From the NCBI GenBank assembly GCA_030525825.1, contig JAUNDZ010000006.1, positions 12,039 to 76,038 on the forward strand: a stretch of DNA of 64,000 nucleotides, given 5' to 3'. Both the position numbers and the translations under genes were made by a program. Origin of the DNA: Moraxella sp. (GTDB lineage Bacteria > Pseudomonadota > Gammaproteobacteria > Pseudomonadales > Moraxellaceae). The notes under the pieces were generated by a model. The model did no database searches. It had not been told where the DNA came from and saw nothing but the letters and a program-made list of their open reading frames with translations. Positions within the stretch are counted from its first letter, which is position 1, and every line of letters begins with the position of its first letter. This document shows positions 10,655-20,446 of the stretch, one piece after another.

Positions 10655-12070
10655 TCAATGATCCGCACTCACCGCACCGCACTCGTGTAGCACACCCAAA
10701 ATCTCATCGACTCGCTCTTGTAGTAGTGCCTTGTCGCCTTTGCTTTCGATGTTTAGGCGAATGAGTGGCTCGGTATTTGACGAACGCAAATTAAATCGCC
10801 AATCGCCAAAATCAAGGCTTAGACCATCTAGGGTATTTTTGGCAGGGTTTAGGGGGGCATATTTTTGCTCTAACAGCTCGCTGATTTCTTGGGCACTTTT
10901 TTGCCCCAATCTAAAATTAAGCTCCCCTGAGCTTGGAAAATCATTGATGTAGCCACCCACTAGCTCCGATAGCGTTTTGCCTGTGGTCGAGAGCAGCTCA
11001 ATGACCAGTAGCCAGACAATCATGCCACTATCACAGTAGGCAAAATCTCTAAAATAGTGATGAGCCGACATCTCGCCACCATAAATCGCCCCACATTCTC
11101 GCATGACCGCCTTGATGAACGAATGCCCTGATTTGCTGATGGCGGGCGTACCACCATTTTTGGCGATGACATTTTCGGTATTATAAATCACACGGGGGTC
11201 ATAGACGATGCTCTCGCCTTTGTGTTTTTGCAAAAACACTTCGGCAAGCAGTCCAACGATATAAGTGCCTTCGATGAATTGACCTTTTTCATCAAATAAA
11301 AAACATCGGTCAAAATCGCCATCAAACGCCACACCAAAATCCGCCCCATGAGCGATGACCGCATCCGATGTTGCTTTTTGGTTGGCGATAATCATGGGAT
11401 TAGGAATGCCGTTGGGAAATGAGCCGTCAGGGGTATGATGGACTTTGATAAGCTGTATCTTGTCGCCCAAGCGTTTTTCTAGCTCGTCCACCACAGGACC
11501 TGCTGAGCCGTTGCCAGAGTTTACCACGATTTTTTTGGGGGTGAATTTGGCAGGGTCGGTAAAGCTTGTGAGCTTGTCAATGTAGGCACTCTTGTCGGTG
11601 TTTAGGGTAACTTTGCCTTTGGTAGCCTCTTTAAAATTACCCTGTTCGGCGATGGTGCGAATGTCGCTAAGTCCTGTATCGGCACTGATGGGACGGCTGT
11701 TTTCACGCACCATTTTTAGCCCATTGTAGTTGATGGGGTTGTGGCTGGCAGTAACTTCAATACCGCCAATGGCGTTGTAATGACTGGTCGCAAAATATAC
11801 TTCTTCGGTGCCAACCATGCCCAAATCAATGACATCGATGCCAGCGTCCGTGATGCCGTCAATGGCGGATTGTTTTAGGCTCTCACTCGATGGGCGAATG
11901 TCCGAGCCGACCACGATGGCAGGATTTGGCGTGGTGCTTTGATTGCCCAAAAATTCAGCAAAAGCTCGCCCAATGCGATAGGCGATGTCATTATCTAAGT
12001 TTACACCAAGCTCGCCACGCACATCATAGGCTTTAAAGCAGGAAATGGAGATGGGGGTAAATTGGGTCAT
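10655..12070 (-). CDS. manB: Phosphomannomutase/phosphoglucomutase (CpsG/ManB type)
   Basis: FKAYDVRG, TASHNP, FDGDFDR, GGEMSAHHYFRDF. Confidence 0.92.
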   Translation of the reverse strand: MTQFTPISISCFKAYDVRGELGVNLDNDIAYRIGRAFAEFLGNQSTTPNPAIVVGSDIRPSSESLKQSAIDGITDAGIDVIDLGMVGTEEVYFATSHYNAIGGIEVTASHNPINYNGLKMVRENSRPISADTGLSDIRTIAEQGNFKEATKGKVTLNTDKSAYIDKLTSFTDPAKFTPKKIVVNSGNGSAGPVVDELEKRLGDKIQLIKVHHTPDGSFPNGIPNPMIIANQKATSDAVIAHGADFGVAFDGDFDRCFLFDEKGQFIEGTYIVGLLAEVFLQKHKGESIVYDPRVIYNTENVIAKNGGTPAISKSGHSFIKAVMRECGAIYGGEMSAHHYFRDFAYCDSGMIVWLLVIELLSTTGKTLSELVGGYINDFPSSGELNFRLGQKSAQEISELLEQKYAPLNPAKNTLDGLSLDFGDWRFNLRSSNTEPLIRLNIESKGDKALLQERVDEILGVLHECGAVSADH

Positions 12071-12275
12071 GAATGTTACCTGATAAGAATTTGGGGTTAT
12101 TTTATCATGCTTTTAAGGGTTTATGATGAAAATCAGACAAATGCCAAAACAGAATAAGTATTGGTGGTTTTTACCTAAACATTTGCCGAACTTTACTGTT
12201 AAACTGATGCAAAATTTGTTATGCTAATTCATGCAAATTTCTCTTTTATAAATCCATCCATACGGAGTATGACCC

Positions 12276-13202
12276 ATGAACATCGCAAACAGCATTACCG
12301 ATTTGATTGGTAATACACCCCTTGTCAAAATCAATACTCTCAACAATAGCAGTGCCAATCTTTTTGCCAAGCTTGAATACTTTAACCCAGCCAGCTCGGT
12401 CAAAGACCGTATTGCTGTGTCGATGATTAACGAAGCTGAAAAAGACGGGCTGATTAACAAAGACACCACCATCATCGAAGCGACATCGGGCAATACAGGC
12501 ATCGGTCTTGCGATGGTATGTGCTGCCAAAGGGTATCGCCTTGTCATCACCATGCCAGAGAGCATGAGCTTAGAGCGTCGTGCCTTACTGCGTGCGTATG
12601 GGGCAGAGCTTATCTTGACGCCAGCAGCAGACGGTATGGGTGGGGCGATTGCTAAGGCAAATGAGCTTGCTGCCCAAGACGGCTACTTTATGCCACGCCA
12701 ATTTGATAACCTTGCCAACCCAAAAATCCACCGTGAGACCACCGCTCAAGAAATCTGGAATGACACCGATGGGCAAGTGGACATCTTGGTGGCGGGTATC
12801 GGCACAGGTGGCACCATCACAGGCGTGGGCGAAGTCTTAAAAGCTAAAAACCCCAACATCAAAATCGTGGCGGTAGAGCCTGCCGACAGCCCTGTATTTA
12901 GCGGTGGCGAGAAAGGTCCGCACAAACTACAAGGGCTTGCCCCTGGTTTTGTGCCAAGCATTCTAAACACCGCCATTTATGATGAAGTCATTACCGTAAC
13001 CACCGAATCTGCCTTTGCCACCGCTCGTCAGATGGCATCACAAGAAGGGATTTTGGTGGGCATATCGGCAGGGGCAGCAGTGTGGTCAGCCCTACAAGTG
13101 GCAAGCCGTCCTGAGAACGCTGGCAAAAATATTGTCGTGATTATCCCATCATCAGGCGAGCGTTATCTGTCTACGGCATTGTTTGCTGATTTGGCACAGT
13201 GA
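12276..13202 (+). CDS. cysK: Cysteine synthase A
   Basis: SVKDRIA (PLP Lys), [20 protein letters not shown]. Confidence 0.95.
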   Translation: MNIANSITDLIGNTPLVKINTLNNSSANLFAKLEYFNPASSVKDRIAVSMINEAEKDGLINKDTTIIEATSGNTGIGLAMVCAAKGYRLVITMPESMSLERRALLRAYGAELILTPAADGMGGAIAKANELAAQDGYFMPRQFDNLANPKIHRETTAQEIWNDTDGQVDILVAGIGTGGTITGVGEVLKAKNPNIKIVAVEPADSPVFSGGEKGPHKLQGLAPGFVPSILNTAIYDEVITVTTESAFATARQMASQEGILVGISAGAAVWSALQVASRPENAGKNIVVIIPSSGERYLSTALFADLAQ

Positions 13203-13219
13203 TTGACATAAAATCATCA

Positions 13220-13250
13220 TAAAAAAGTCCAAGTTTGCTTGGGCTTTTTT
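13220..13250 (+). terminator. Intrinsic terminator after cysK
   Basis: AAAAAAGTCCAAG-TTTG-CTTGGGCTTTTT hairpin with T tract. Confidence 0.7.
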
Positions 13251-13294
13251 ATTTTTATGGTAAAATTGGATAAATAATATCAGAGAAAACAGGT

Positions 13295-14122
13295 ATGACA
13301 CCCACCAACCAATTTTCAGACCTAATCGCTCTCATGGCACGCCTTCGCACCGATTGCCCTTGGGACGCCAAACAGACCAACCAATCCCTACAAAAATACG
13401 CCATCGAAGAAGTTTATGAACTCATCGAAGCCATCAGCCTAGATGATGGCTCTGCCTGTGCCGCAGACGATATTAAAGGCGAGCTTGGCGATGTGCTACT
13501 GCAAGTCATCTTTCATGCTCATCTGTATGACGAGCAAGGGCGGTTTGACATGAATGATGTCATCTATGCCCTACAAGAAAAACTCATTCGTCGCCATCCC
13601 CATGTCTTTGACAAAGAAAATTTAAAAACCGATGATGATGTTAAAAAACGCTGGGACGAGATTAAGGCAATCGAAAATCAAGGCAAACCCAAACGCTTAC
13701 TCTCTGATGTCAAAGCTGGCACGGCTTTGATGACCGCTCAAAACCTACAAAAGGCATCTGCCAAAGTGGGTTTTGATTGGGATAATCTTAAAGGCGTGCT
13801 GGATAAGATTGACGAAGAAGTAGCAGAATTAAAAGCCGAACTGCCAAGCGGTGAGTTTAATTATAAAACCGATAAATTAGATGGCACTCAAAAGACAAAA
13901 ATCGCAGGCGAGCTTGGCGATATGTTCTTTGTACTGACTAATCTTGCCCGTCATTTGGGCATTGATGCCGAAATGGCACTGCAAAGCACCAATGCTAAGT
14001 TTAAAAGACGCTTTGCTTTTGTCGAGCAGTCTTTGCTGGATGATGGTAAAGATTTTGAAAGCACCGATTTGGCAGAGATGGACAAATATTGGGAGCTTGC
14101 CAAAACGCACGAAGGGCAGTGA
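13295..14122 (+). CDS. mazG: Nucleoside triphosphate pyrophosphohydrolase MazG
   Basis: CPWD..QT, EE.YE, ELGDVLLQVIFH, KLIRRHPHVF, second MazG domain GFDW...ELGD. Confidence 0.93.
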   Translation: MTPTNQFSDLIALMARLRTDCPWDAKQTNQSLQKYAIEEVYELIEAISLDDGSACAADDIKGELGDVLLQVIFHAHLYDEQGRFDMNDVIYALQEKLIRRHPHVFDKENLKTDDDVKKRWDEIKAIENQGKPKRLLSDVKAGTALMTAQNLQKASAKVGFDWDNLKGVLDKIDEEVAELKAELPSGEFNYKTDKLDGTQKTKIAGELGDMFFVLTNLARHLGIDAEMALQSTNAKFKRRFAFVEQSLLDDGKDFESTDLAEMDKYWELAKTHEGQ

Positions 14123-14126
14123 TCGG

Positions 14127-14450
14127 ATGCGTATCTCATTCATGGTCATGGGCGTGCTTGTCGCTCTTATCCCGTTCGCCGCCACCGCCAAAGAACAATG
14201 CTATCCCGATGCCATCAGTGCCTATGAGCAGCTGATTAAACAACCACGCAGCAAACCCATCAACATCAATACCGCCACTGCCAGCGACTTTGCCAGCTTA
14301 CAGGGGGTGGGTGTGGCGACTGCCGAACGCATCATCAGACACCGCAAGCAGGTGGGGCGGTTTGAGCGGGTGGATGATTTGATGCAGGTCAAAGGCATCG
14401 GACAGGCGACTTTGGACAAGAATCGGCATCGGCTGAGCGTGCTTGATTGA
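14127..14450 (+). CDS. comEA: ComEA family helix-hairpin-helix DNA-binding protein
   Basis: Signal peptide, then ININTA...LQGVG...VKGIG HhH pair; start at MRISF. Confidence 0.85.
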   Translation: MRISFMVMGVLVALIPFAATAKEQCYPDAISAYEQLIKQPRSKPININTATASDFASLQGVGVATAERIIRHRKQVGRFERVDDLMQVKGIGQATLDKNRHRLSVLD

Positions 14451-14588
14451 CTTGGTCGTGGTTTGGCGGGACTGGTGGACGGTATTTTTGGACAAAAAAG
14501 CGGTGATGGTCGCTTTTTTTGTCAATAACGGTTAAAATAGACAGTTTAATCATAAAAAACATTGATAACCATCAAGGAGAAGTTAAGC

Positions 14589-16385
14589 ATGGCGTATCAG
14601 CCAGCGAACTTTGGTCAATCCAATAAACCAAGCCGAAACAAAAAAACCAAGAAAGCCCAAAAGGTGGTCGTACATCAAGACAAAGCACTTGGTCTGAACA
14701 AATCGGTTTTGCCGCACAGTATCATCGAAGTGGTCAGCACCCTGACCAAAGCAGGCTTTGAAGCGTACATCGTGGGGGGTGGTGTGCGTGATAGTCTGCT
14801 TGGGCTGGCTCCCAAAGACTTTGATGCAGTAACAAGTGCTCGTCCGCATGAGATTAAGGCGATTTTTGGGGGTCGCTGCCGCATCATTGGGCGACGCTTT
14901 CAGTTGGCTCATGTCTATTCTGGGCGTGAGATGATAGAAGTGGCGACCTTTCGAGCTCCACCCAAAGACGACACGCACACCACCGAAGATGGTATGATTA
15001 CCCGTGATAATGTGTGGGGGACGATAGAGCAGGACTTTGCCCGTCGTGATTTTTCCATCAATGCTTTGTATTATCAGCCGATTAAAGGTGAAGTGCTGGA
15101 TTTTTGTGGGGCGATTGATGACATCGCTGAGCGTACTTTGCGACTTTTGGGCGATGCTAAAGTGCGAGTAGAAGAAGACCCTGTCCGTCTGCTGCGTGCG
15201 TTGCGATTTAAGGCGAAATTGGACTTTGAGTTTGATGAGCAGCTGTCTGCTCAGTTCCATGAGAGTAATTGGGCATTGTTAGAGCAAGTATCCGCCCACC
15301 GTCTGTATGATGAGACGACCAAGATGTTCACAGGTGGTTATCTGTTGCCGCTATTGCCGCTACTCTTTGAACACGGTGCGATGAGCAGTCTGATGACCTA
15401 TGCACCAAATGCCCCTACGCCACTCATGAACGCCATCGCCAGCAATACCGACAAGCGTGTCAATATGGGCAAGGGGGTCAATCCTGCGTTTTTTTATGCA
15501 GCACTGCTGTGGGAAAACTACCTACATCAGCTTGCCAAATTCAAGAAAAAGGGACTGCCTTTTCATGAAGCACAGGGCAAGGCAGCTGCCAAAGTCATCG
15601 ATGTGCAGCGTCTAAAAACCGCCATTCCAAGATTTGCCGAAGAGTTCATCACAAGCATCTGGCTCATGCAGCCTAAGCTGGCAAACCCCCGTGTGCGTGA
15701 TATTGCAGCTTTGGAGCGTCATGCTAGATTCCGTGCGGCATTTGATTTTTTGGTCATGCGTGAAGCCCATGACAAGCACGAGCTGTCTGAGTCCACCAAC
15801 GACATGGGCAGATGGTGGCAGGCTTATCAAGATGCCGATGCTGCCCAAAAAGCACAGATGATCGAAGACTTCGCCAATGGTGGCAGTGCCACAGGCATCT
15901 CATCACGCCGTCGTCGTCAGCGTGGACAGGTAAGCGATGAACTGCTTCAATTGCAGCAGCTGTCAGCATCCGAGCAAGATGGTGGCGGTCAGGTGCAGGC
16001 TCGTCAGCCACTCTTTGTGGCAAAGAATATCGATGAGTTTTTGCCAAAAGAACCAAAGAAAGAGCCAAAGCCGACACCTAGGGTTCGTGAAGTGGCCGTG
16101 CCGACTTTTGAGCAGGTGCATTATACCCAAGCAGATTTCTTAAAGCTGCTTGCCAATGACGAACCTTATATCCCTGCTCGCCGCTACCGCAAGCGTCAGC
16201 CGTCATCTGTGCTGTCCATCAAGGACAAGCTAATAGGGCTGGGTGAAGCTGATGTCAGCCCTAAAGCTGCCAAAGCCGCCAAACCTAAGCAAACCAAGCA
16301 GCTCAAAAAAACCGATACAGACGACAAACCCACCAAGCCTAAAAAACGCAAAAAATCCAATGCCAAACCACGAGAGGCACAATGA
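14589..16385 (+). CDS. pcnB: Poly(A) polymerase I with long basic C-terminal tail
   Basis: YIVGGGVRD, PKDFD, IIGRRFQLAHV, RRDFSINAL, EDPVRLLRA; upstream of folK; RBS AAGGAG before ATG 14589. Confidence 0.92.
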   Translation: MAYQPANFGQSNKPSRNKKTKKAQKVVVHQDKALGLNKSVLPHSIIEVVSTLTKAGFEAYIVGGGVRDSLLGLAPKDFDAVTSARPHEIKAIFGGRCRIIGRRFQLAHVYSGREMIEVATFRAPPKDDTHTTEDGMITRDNVWGTIEQDFARRDFSINALYYQPIKGEVLDFCGAIDDIAERTLRLLGDAKVRVEEDPVRLLRALRFKAKLDFEFDEQLSAQFHESNWALLEQVSAHRLYDETTKMFTGGYLLPLLPLLFEHGAMSSLMTYAPNAPTPLMNAIASNTDKRVNMGKGVNPAFFYAALLWENYLHQLAKFKKKGLPFHEAQGKAAAKVIDVQRLKTAIPRFAEEFITSIWLMQPKLANPRVRDIAALERHARFRAAFDFLVMREAHDKHELSESTNDMGRWWQAYQDADAAQKAQMIEDFANGGSATGISSRRRRQRGQVSDELLQLQQLSASEQDGGGQVQARQPLFVAKNIDEFLPKEPKKEPKPTPRVREVAVPTFEQVHYTQADFLKLLANDEPYIPARRYRKRQPSSVLSIKDKLIGLGEADVSPKAAKAAKPKQTKQLKKTDTDDKPTKPKKRKKSNAKPREAQ

Positions 16386-16876
16386 GACACACCATCTACA
16401 TCGGTCTAGGTGGCAACATCGCCAACGAACACGGCACGCCCACCGAGCATTTACAAAACGCCATCAATGCCTTTGGGGATAACCCCCATTTTGATGAGGT
16501 GGTGGTGTCGTCTTTTTATCGCTCAAAGGCGTATGGCGTAACCGACCAGCCTGATTTTATAAATAGCGTGTTAAAAGCCGAAACGGATTTGTCGCCACTG
16601 GCTTTATTGGATTTTTGTCAAAGCCTAGAAAATACGGCAGGACGAGTACGTTTACGGAGGTGGGGCGAACGCTGTCTTGATGTGGATATTTTATTATATG
16701 GTGATGAAAATATTTGTAATGAACGCTTGATTGTGCCACATAAAGAATTGTTATTACGAAATTTTGTGGTCATTCCAATGCTTGAAATCGATGAAAATGT
16801 GGTGGTTAATGGGCAAGCCTTAAAAACATTAGACATCGCCAGTCATTTAGAGGGGCTTGAAAAGCTAAAAAACTAG
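16382..16876 (+). CDS. folK: 2-amino-4-hydroxy-6-hydroxymethyldihydropteridine diphosphokinase
   Basis: YIGLGGN, QPDFIN, RWGERCLDVDILL, PH motif. Confidence 0.93.
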   Translation: MRHTIYIGLGGNIANEHGTPTEHLQNAINAFGDNPHFDEVVVSSFYRSKAYGVTDQPDFINSVLKAETDLSPLALLDFCQSLENTAGRVRLRRWGERCLDVDILLYGDENICNERLIVPHKELLLRNFVVIPMLEIDENVVVNGQALKTLDIASHLEGLEKLKN

Positions 16877-16917
16877 CCTATTATGGTTATCATTCATCAA
16901 TATAAGGCAATCGACCT

Positions 16918-17742
16918 ATGAGCTATCTGACGCACGACAAAGCCCCCATCACCCTATCCACCCTTGCCAAATACAAAAAGTCTGGCGAGAAATTTAGCTG
17001 TTTGACCTGTTATGATGCCAGCTTTGCTCACTTAATGGCGACCGCCCAGATTGACACGATTTTGGTGGGCGACAGCTTAGGAATGGTGGTGCAAGGACAA
17101 AGCTCCACTTTGCCTGTTACCGTTGCTGATATGGTCTATCACACGCAAAATGTCGCACGAGCGAACAGCCACGCCCTGATTATGACTGATTTGCCGTTTA
17201 TGAGTTATGCTACTTTGGCGGACGCAGTCGCCAACGCCCGTGCGGTAATGCAGGCAGGGGCAAATGTGGTTAAAATTGAAGGTGGTCGTGAGCTTGCTGA
17301 AATCGTGGCGGTTTTGACAAAAAATGGCGTACCCACTTGCGTGCATTTGGGGCTAACACCGCAGTCGGTCAATGTCTTGGGTGGCTACAAGGTACAAGGC
17401 AAAACGGACGAGCAGGCGGACAAGCTGTTAAAAGACTGTGAAATATTGGTAAACGCAGGGGCGAGCATTATCCTGCTTGAATGCGTACCTGCTTCCCTTG
17501 CCAAAACCGTAACCCAAAAATTTGCCGTACCTGTGATTGGCATCGGGGCAGGGGCAGATACAGATGGACAAGTCTTGGTCATGCACGATATGCTAGGCGT
17601 GTATACTAAAAAGGCAGCCAAATTTGTCAAAGACTTTTTAAAAGATGCTGGCAATGAGACAGGCGATATTTTGGGGGCGTTTGTCAATTATCACAATGCA
17701 GTAAAAAGCGGCAGTTTTCCAAGTGTGGAGCATAGTTTTTAA
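16918..17742 (+). CDS. panB: 3-methyl-2-oxobutanoate hydroxymethyltransferase
   Basis: LVGDSLGM, KIEGG, HLGLTPQS, IGIGAG..TDGQVLV. Confidence 0.96.
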   Translation: MSYLTHDKAPITLSTLAKYKKSGEKFSCLTCYDASFAHLMATAQIDTILVGDSLGMVVQGQSSTLPVTVADMVYHTQNVARANSHALIMTDLPFMSYATLADAVANARAVMQAGANVVKIEGGRELAEIVAVLTKNGVPTCVHLGLTPQSVNVLGGYKVQGKTDEQADKLLKDCEILVNAGASIILLECVPASLAKTVTQKFAVPVIGIGAGADTDGQVLVMHDMLGVYTKKAAKFVKDFLKDAGNETGDILGAFVNYHNAVKSGSFPSVEHSF

Positions 17743-17755
17743 AATAACTTTATTC

Positions 17756-17835
17756 CCAACTTAAAATCATCACTTGTTTATTGTCGGTTGTAGGGGCGAA
17801 TCATATTCGCCCTTGATAAATACCCACAAAGTTGG
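17756..17835. repeat. REP-containing element (GTAG-type REP at 17790-17812)
   Basis: GTAGGGGCGAAT-CAT-ATTCGCCC palindrome, bounded by CCAACTT...AAGTTGG; related to 7702-7809. Confidence 0.65.
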
Positions 17836-17876
17836 CATTGAGCATAAGTTATTTATTAAACACAATGAGCAAAATA

Positions 17877-18719
17877 ATGCAAATATTTAACACCATTTCT
17901 GAACTCCAATCCGAATTAAAATTAAATCGCCATAAAACAATCGCCCTTATTCCCACAATGGGTAATCTGCACAATGGGCATATTGAGCTTGTTCATATCG
18001 CCAAACAGCACGCTGATATTGTGGTGGTGAGTATTTTTGTCAATCCCACGCAGTTTGGCGTAGGCGAGGATTTTGACAGTTATCCACGCACGCTGGACGA
18101 GGATTGTGCCAAATTAAAAACTGCAAGTGCCGATATTGTCTTTGTCCCAAGTGTGAGCGAAATGTACCCCACTTATCCGCCCAATGTACAGGTATTAAGT
18201 GGCGGAATGGCTCAAATTTTATGCGGAAAATTTCGCCCCACGCATTTTGATGGCGTGGGACTTGTGGTCTCTAAATTATTTAATATCGTGCGTCCTGATG
18301 TGGCGGTGTTTGGTAAAAAAGATTATCAGCAATTAGCCATTATCAGACAGCTTAATGATGAATTAAATTTTGGTATTAAGATTATTGGGGCGGAGATTGT
18401 GCGAGCCGATGATGGCTTGGCACTTTCATCAAGAAATGGCTATTTGACGGCTGATGAAAGAGCAATTGCCCCAGTTATTAACCACACCCTACAAAAGATT
18501 AAATCACAGATTATCAATGCCGACTTTGAAAATTATACCAACATTATCCAAAAACATCATAATGAATTGACCAATCTGGGCTTAAAAGTAGATTATTTAG
18601 AATTGTATAATGATAAACTACAAACTCCAACCGCTAATGATAAACACTTGGTGGTATTAACTGCCGTGTTTGTGGGCAAAGCAAGGCTTTTGGATAATTT
18701 AGAGATGACATTATCATGA
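17877..18719 (+). CDS. panC: Pantoate--beta-alanine ligase
   Basis: PTMGNLHNGH, SIFVNPTQF, FGKKDYQQL, GLALSSRN, RLLDN. Confidence 0.95.
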   Translation: MQIFNTISELQSELKLNRHKTIALIPTMGNLHNGHIELVHIAKQHADIVVVSIFVNPTQFGVGEDFDSYPRTLDEDCAKLKTASADIVFVPSVSEMYPTYPPNVQVLSGGMAQILCGKFRPTHFDGVGLVVSKLFNIVRPDVAVFGKKDYQQLAIIRQLNDELNFGIKIIGAEIVRADDGLALSSRNGYLTADERAIAPVINHTLQKIKSQIINADFENYTNIIQKHHNELTNLGLKVDYLELYNDKLQTPTANDKHLVVLTAVFVGKARLLDNLEMTLS

Positions 18720-18746
18720 CGCATCATCGCTGATAAGGAATTTTGT

Positions 18747-19616
18747 ATGACAGATACACAAATCATCATCGTCTCAGGACGGTCAGGCTCTGGCAAAACT
18801 TCCATCTTGAATATCTTAGAAGACTTTGGTTTTTATGTCATTGACAATCTGCCATTGTCGCTCATCAGTGATGCGGTGGATGATTTGATTGGCAATGACA
18901 TGAAAAAGGTCGCACTGGGCATCGATGTGCGGGCACCAAAGGCGGATTTGTCCAATTTCCCTGCGGTGTATGCCACTTTGACAGGTAAGTATGGCGATGC
19001 GGTGAAAGTGCTGTACGCCACCACCCAAGAGAGCGTTTTGGTGGCTCGCTTTGGAGCAACAAGACGAGTGCATCCGCTCATGCAGACCGCCAATAACCTG
19101 CCCAATGCCTTAGCCAAAGAGATAGAGCTGCTAAAACCCATCGCCGACCTTGCCGACATCAAGATAGACACCAGCACGCTCAATATCCATGAGCTCAAAG
19201 AAATGGTGCGAGACCACATCGGTGTGGATAATGTGGTGGTGGTCAATCTGCTGTCTTTTGGCTTTAAAAACGGTGCACCCATTGACGCTGATTTTATCTT
19301 TGATGTGCGGATATTGCCCAATCCACATTGGCAAGAGCATCTGCGAGTGCAGACAGGGCGTGATGAAGAAGTCAAGGCATTTTTTGCCAATCATCCAGAA
19401 GTAAACGACATGGCACATGACATCGCTGACTTTTTGGAAAAATGGCTACCCAGCTTTTTGAATAATAACCGCTACATCGTTACCATCGGCATCGGTTGTA
19501 CAGGTGGCAAACACCGCTCGGTGTACATCAATGAGATGGTGGGCGAGCTGCTAAGGCATAGGCTGCCTGCCAATATGCCAATCATCGTCAAGCACCGTGA
19601 AAAACGCCACTGGTAA
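18747..19616 (+). CDS. rapZ: RNase adapter RapZ (YvcJ/UPF0042)
   Basis: SGRSGSGKT Walker A, IDNLP, SFGFK, DVRILPNP, GCTGGKHRSV. Confidence 0.93.
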   Translation: MTDTQIIIVSGRSGSGKTSILNILEDFGFYVIDNLPLSLISDAVDDLIGNDMKKVALGIDVRAPKADLSNFPAVYATLTGKYGDAVKVLYATTQESVLVARFGATRRVHPLMQTANNLPNALAKEIELLKPIADLADIKIDTSTLNIHELKEMVRDHIGVDNVVVVNLLSFGFKNGAPIDADFIFDVRILPNPHWQEHLRVQTGRDEEVKAFFANHPEVNDMAHDIADFLEKWLPSFLNNNRYIVTIGIGCTGGKHRSVYINEMVGELLRHRLPANMPIIVKHREKRHW

Positions 19617-19645
19617 ACCCATTTTGTTAATAAAAAGAGAATATC

Positions 19646-20155
19646 ATGAACATCGACTGGTCAAAACAGGACATGCGAGTGTCTCGCACCGAAATTAAAA
19701 AAGCTCATGAACGCTTGCAGGATTTGTGCGAGCCACTTGCCAAGCTCTCCAAAAAACAGCTAGAAAACCTGCCTGTCAGCGAGTATTTTTTGGATGAATT
19801 AAAGCATTTAACCCAAATCGACAGTGCCGCTGCCAAAAACCGCCAAATCAAGCGAGTGGGCAAGCTCATCATCGAAGAAGACCGCCATGTATTGACCAAG
19901 GCACTGTTTGGGATTGTCTTTACGCCTGAGCAACGCACCAAAATTGAAGCGTGGTTCACTCGGTTGCAGCTGCACGACGACAGCACCATCAAGCAGTTCG
20001 TTAAGCAGTTCAAAAAGGCAGAATACAACAGCATCTATCAGCTACTACTTTGGATAGCTTATGCCAAGCATCTAGGTGATGATGAGCTATTGATGGAGAG
20101 TGAAGCAGACTTTGAAAGCTATGTCAAAGAAGTGGCGATTTTGTCAGCTCAATAA
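19646..20155 (+). CDS. yjgA: DUF615/YjgA (DarP) ribosome-associated protein
   Basis: SRTEIKK....LQ.L...L..LS and RQIK.VGKL pattern, 169 aa. Confidence 0.72.
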   Translation: MNIDWSKQDMRVSRTEIKKAHERLQDLCEPLAKLSKKQLENLPVSEYFLDELKHLTQIDSAAAKNRQIKRVGKLIIEEDRHVLTKALFGIVFTPEQRTKIEAWFTRLQLHDDSTIKQFVKQFKKAEYNSIYQLLLWIAYAKHLGDDELLMESEADFESYVKEVAILSAQ

Positions 20156-20189
20156 GCCAAAACCACCCATGGCAATTATCATGCCCACA

Positions 20190-20317
20190 ATAATAAAGCC
20201 GAATGTCAAACATTCGGCTTTATTACTTTCATTCCTTTGGCGGTCTTACCCCTTGCAGTTACTCCATGTTACAGCATCTATCCTTAGTCAGTAGCTCCAT
20301 CTACCTTGTCCCTTGCT
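20190..20317 (-). ncRNA. Putative CsrA/RsmA-sequestering sRNA (CsrB/RsmY/RsmZ family)
   Basis: Five GGA motifs in about 90 nt, including hairpins GTAG-ATGGAG-CTAC and CTA-AGGA-TAG; -10 TACTAT at 20329-20324; ends in a strong terminator at 20191-20225; upstream GacA-box-like site. Ends are approximate. Confidence 0.72.
20191..20225. terminator. Bidirectional terminator (yjgA on +, putative sRNA on -)
   Basis: TAATAAAGCCGAATG-TCAAA-CATTCGGCTTTATTA perfect 15-bp stem. Confidence 0.85.
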
Positions 20318-20375
20318 GTGTGTATAGTATCTCAAAATCAGCCGTGCGTTGCTATTGGCAAATGTCGTCAATCTT

Positions 20376-20393
20376 TGTAAGCGATTGCCGACA
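20376..20393. promoter_or_regulatory. GacA/UvrY-box-like upstream activating sequence
   Basis: TGTAAG-CGATTG-CCGACA versus consensus TGTAAG-N6-CTTACA (10/12), about -59 to -76 from the inferred sRNA start. Confidence 0.55.
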
Positions 20394-20446
20394 AAAAAGC
20401 CTGCACACAAGTACAGGCTTGGTAGATGGCTAGGACAGCGAGCGGA

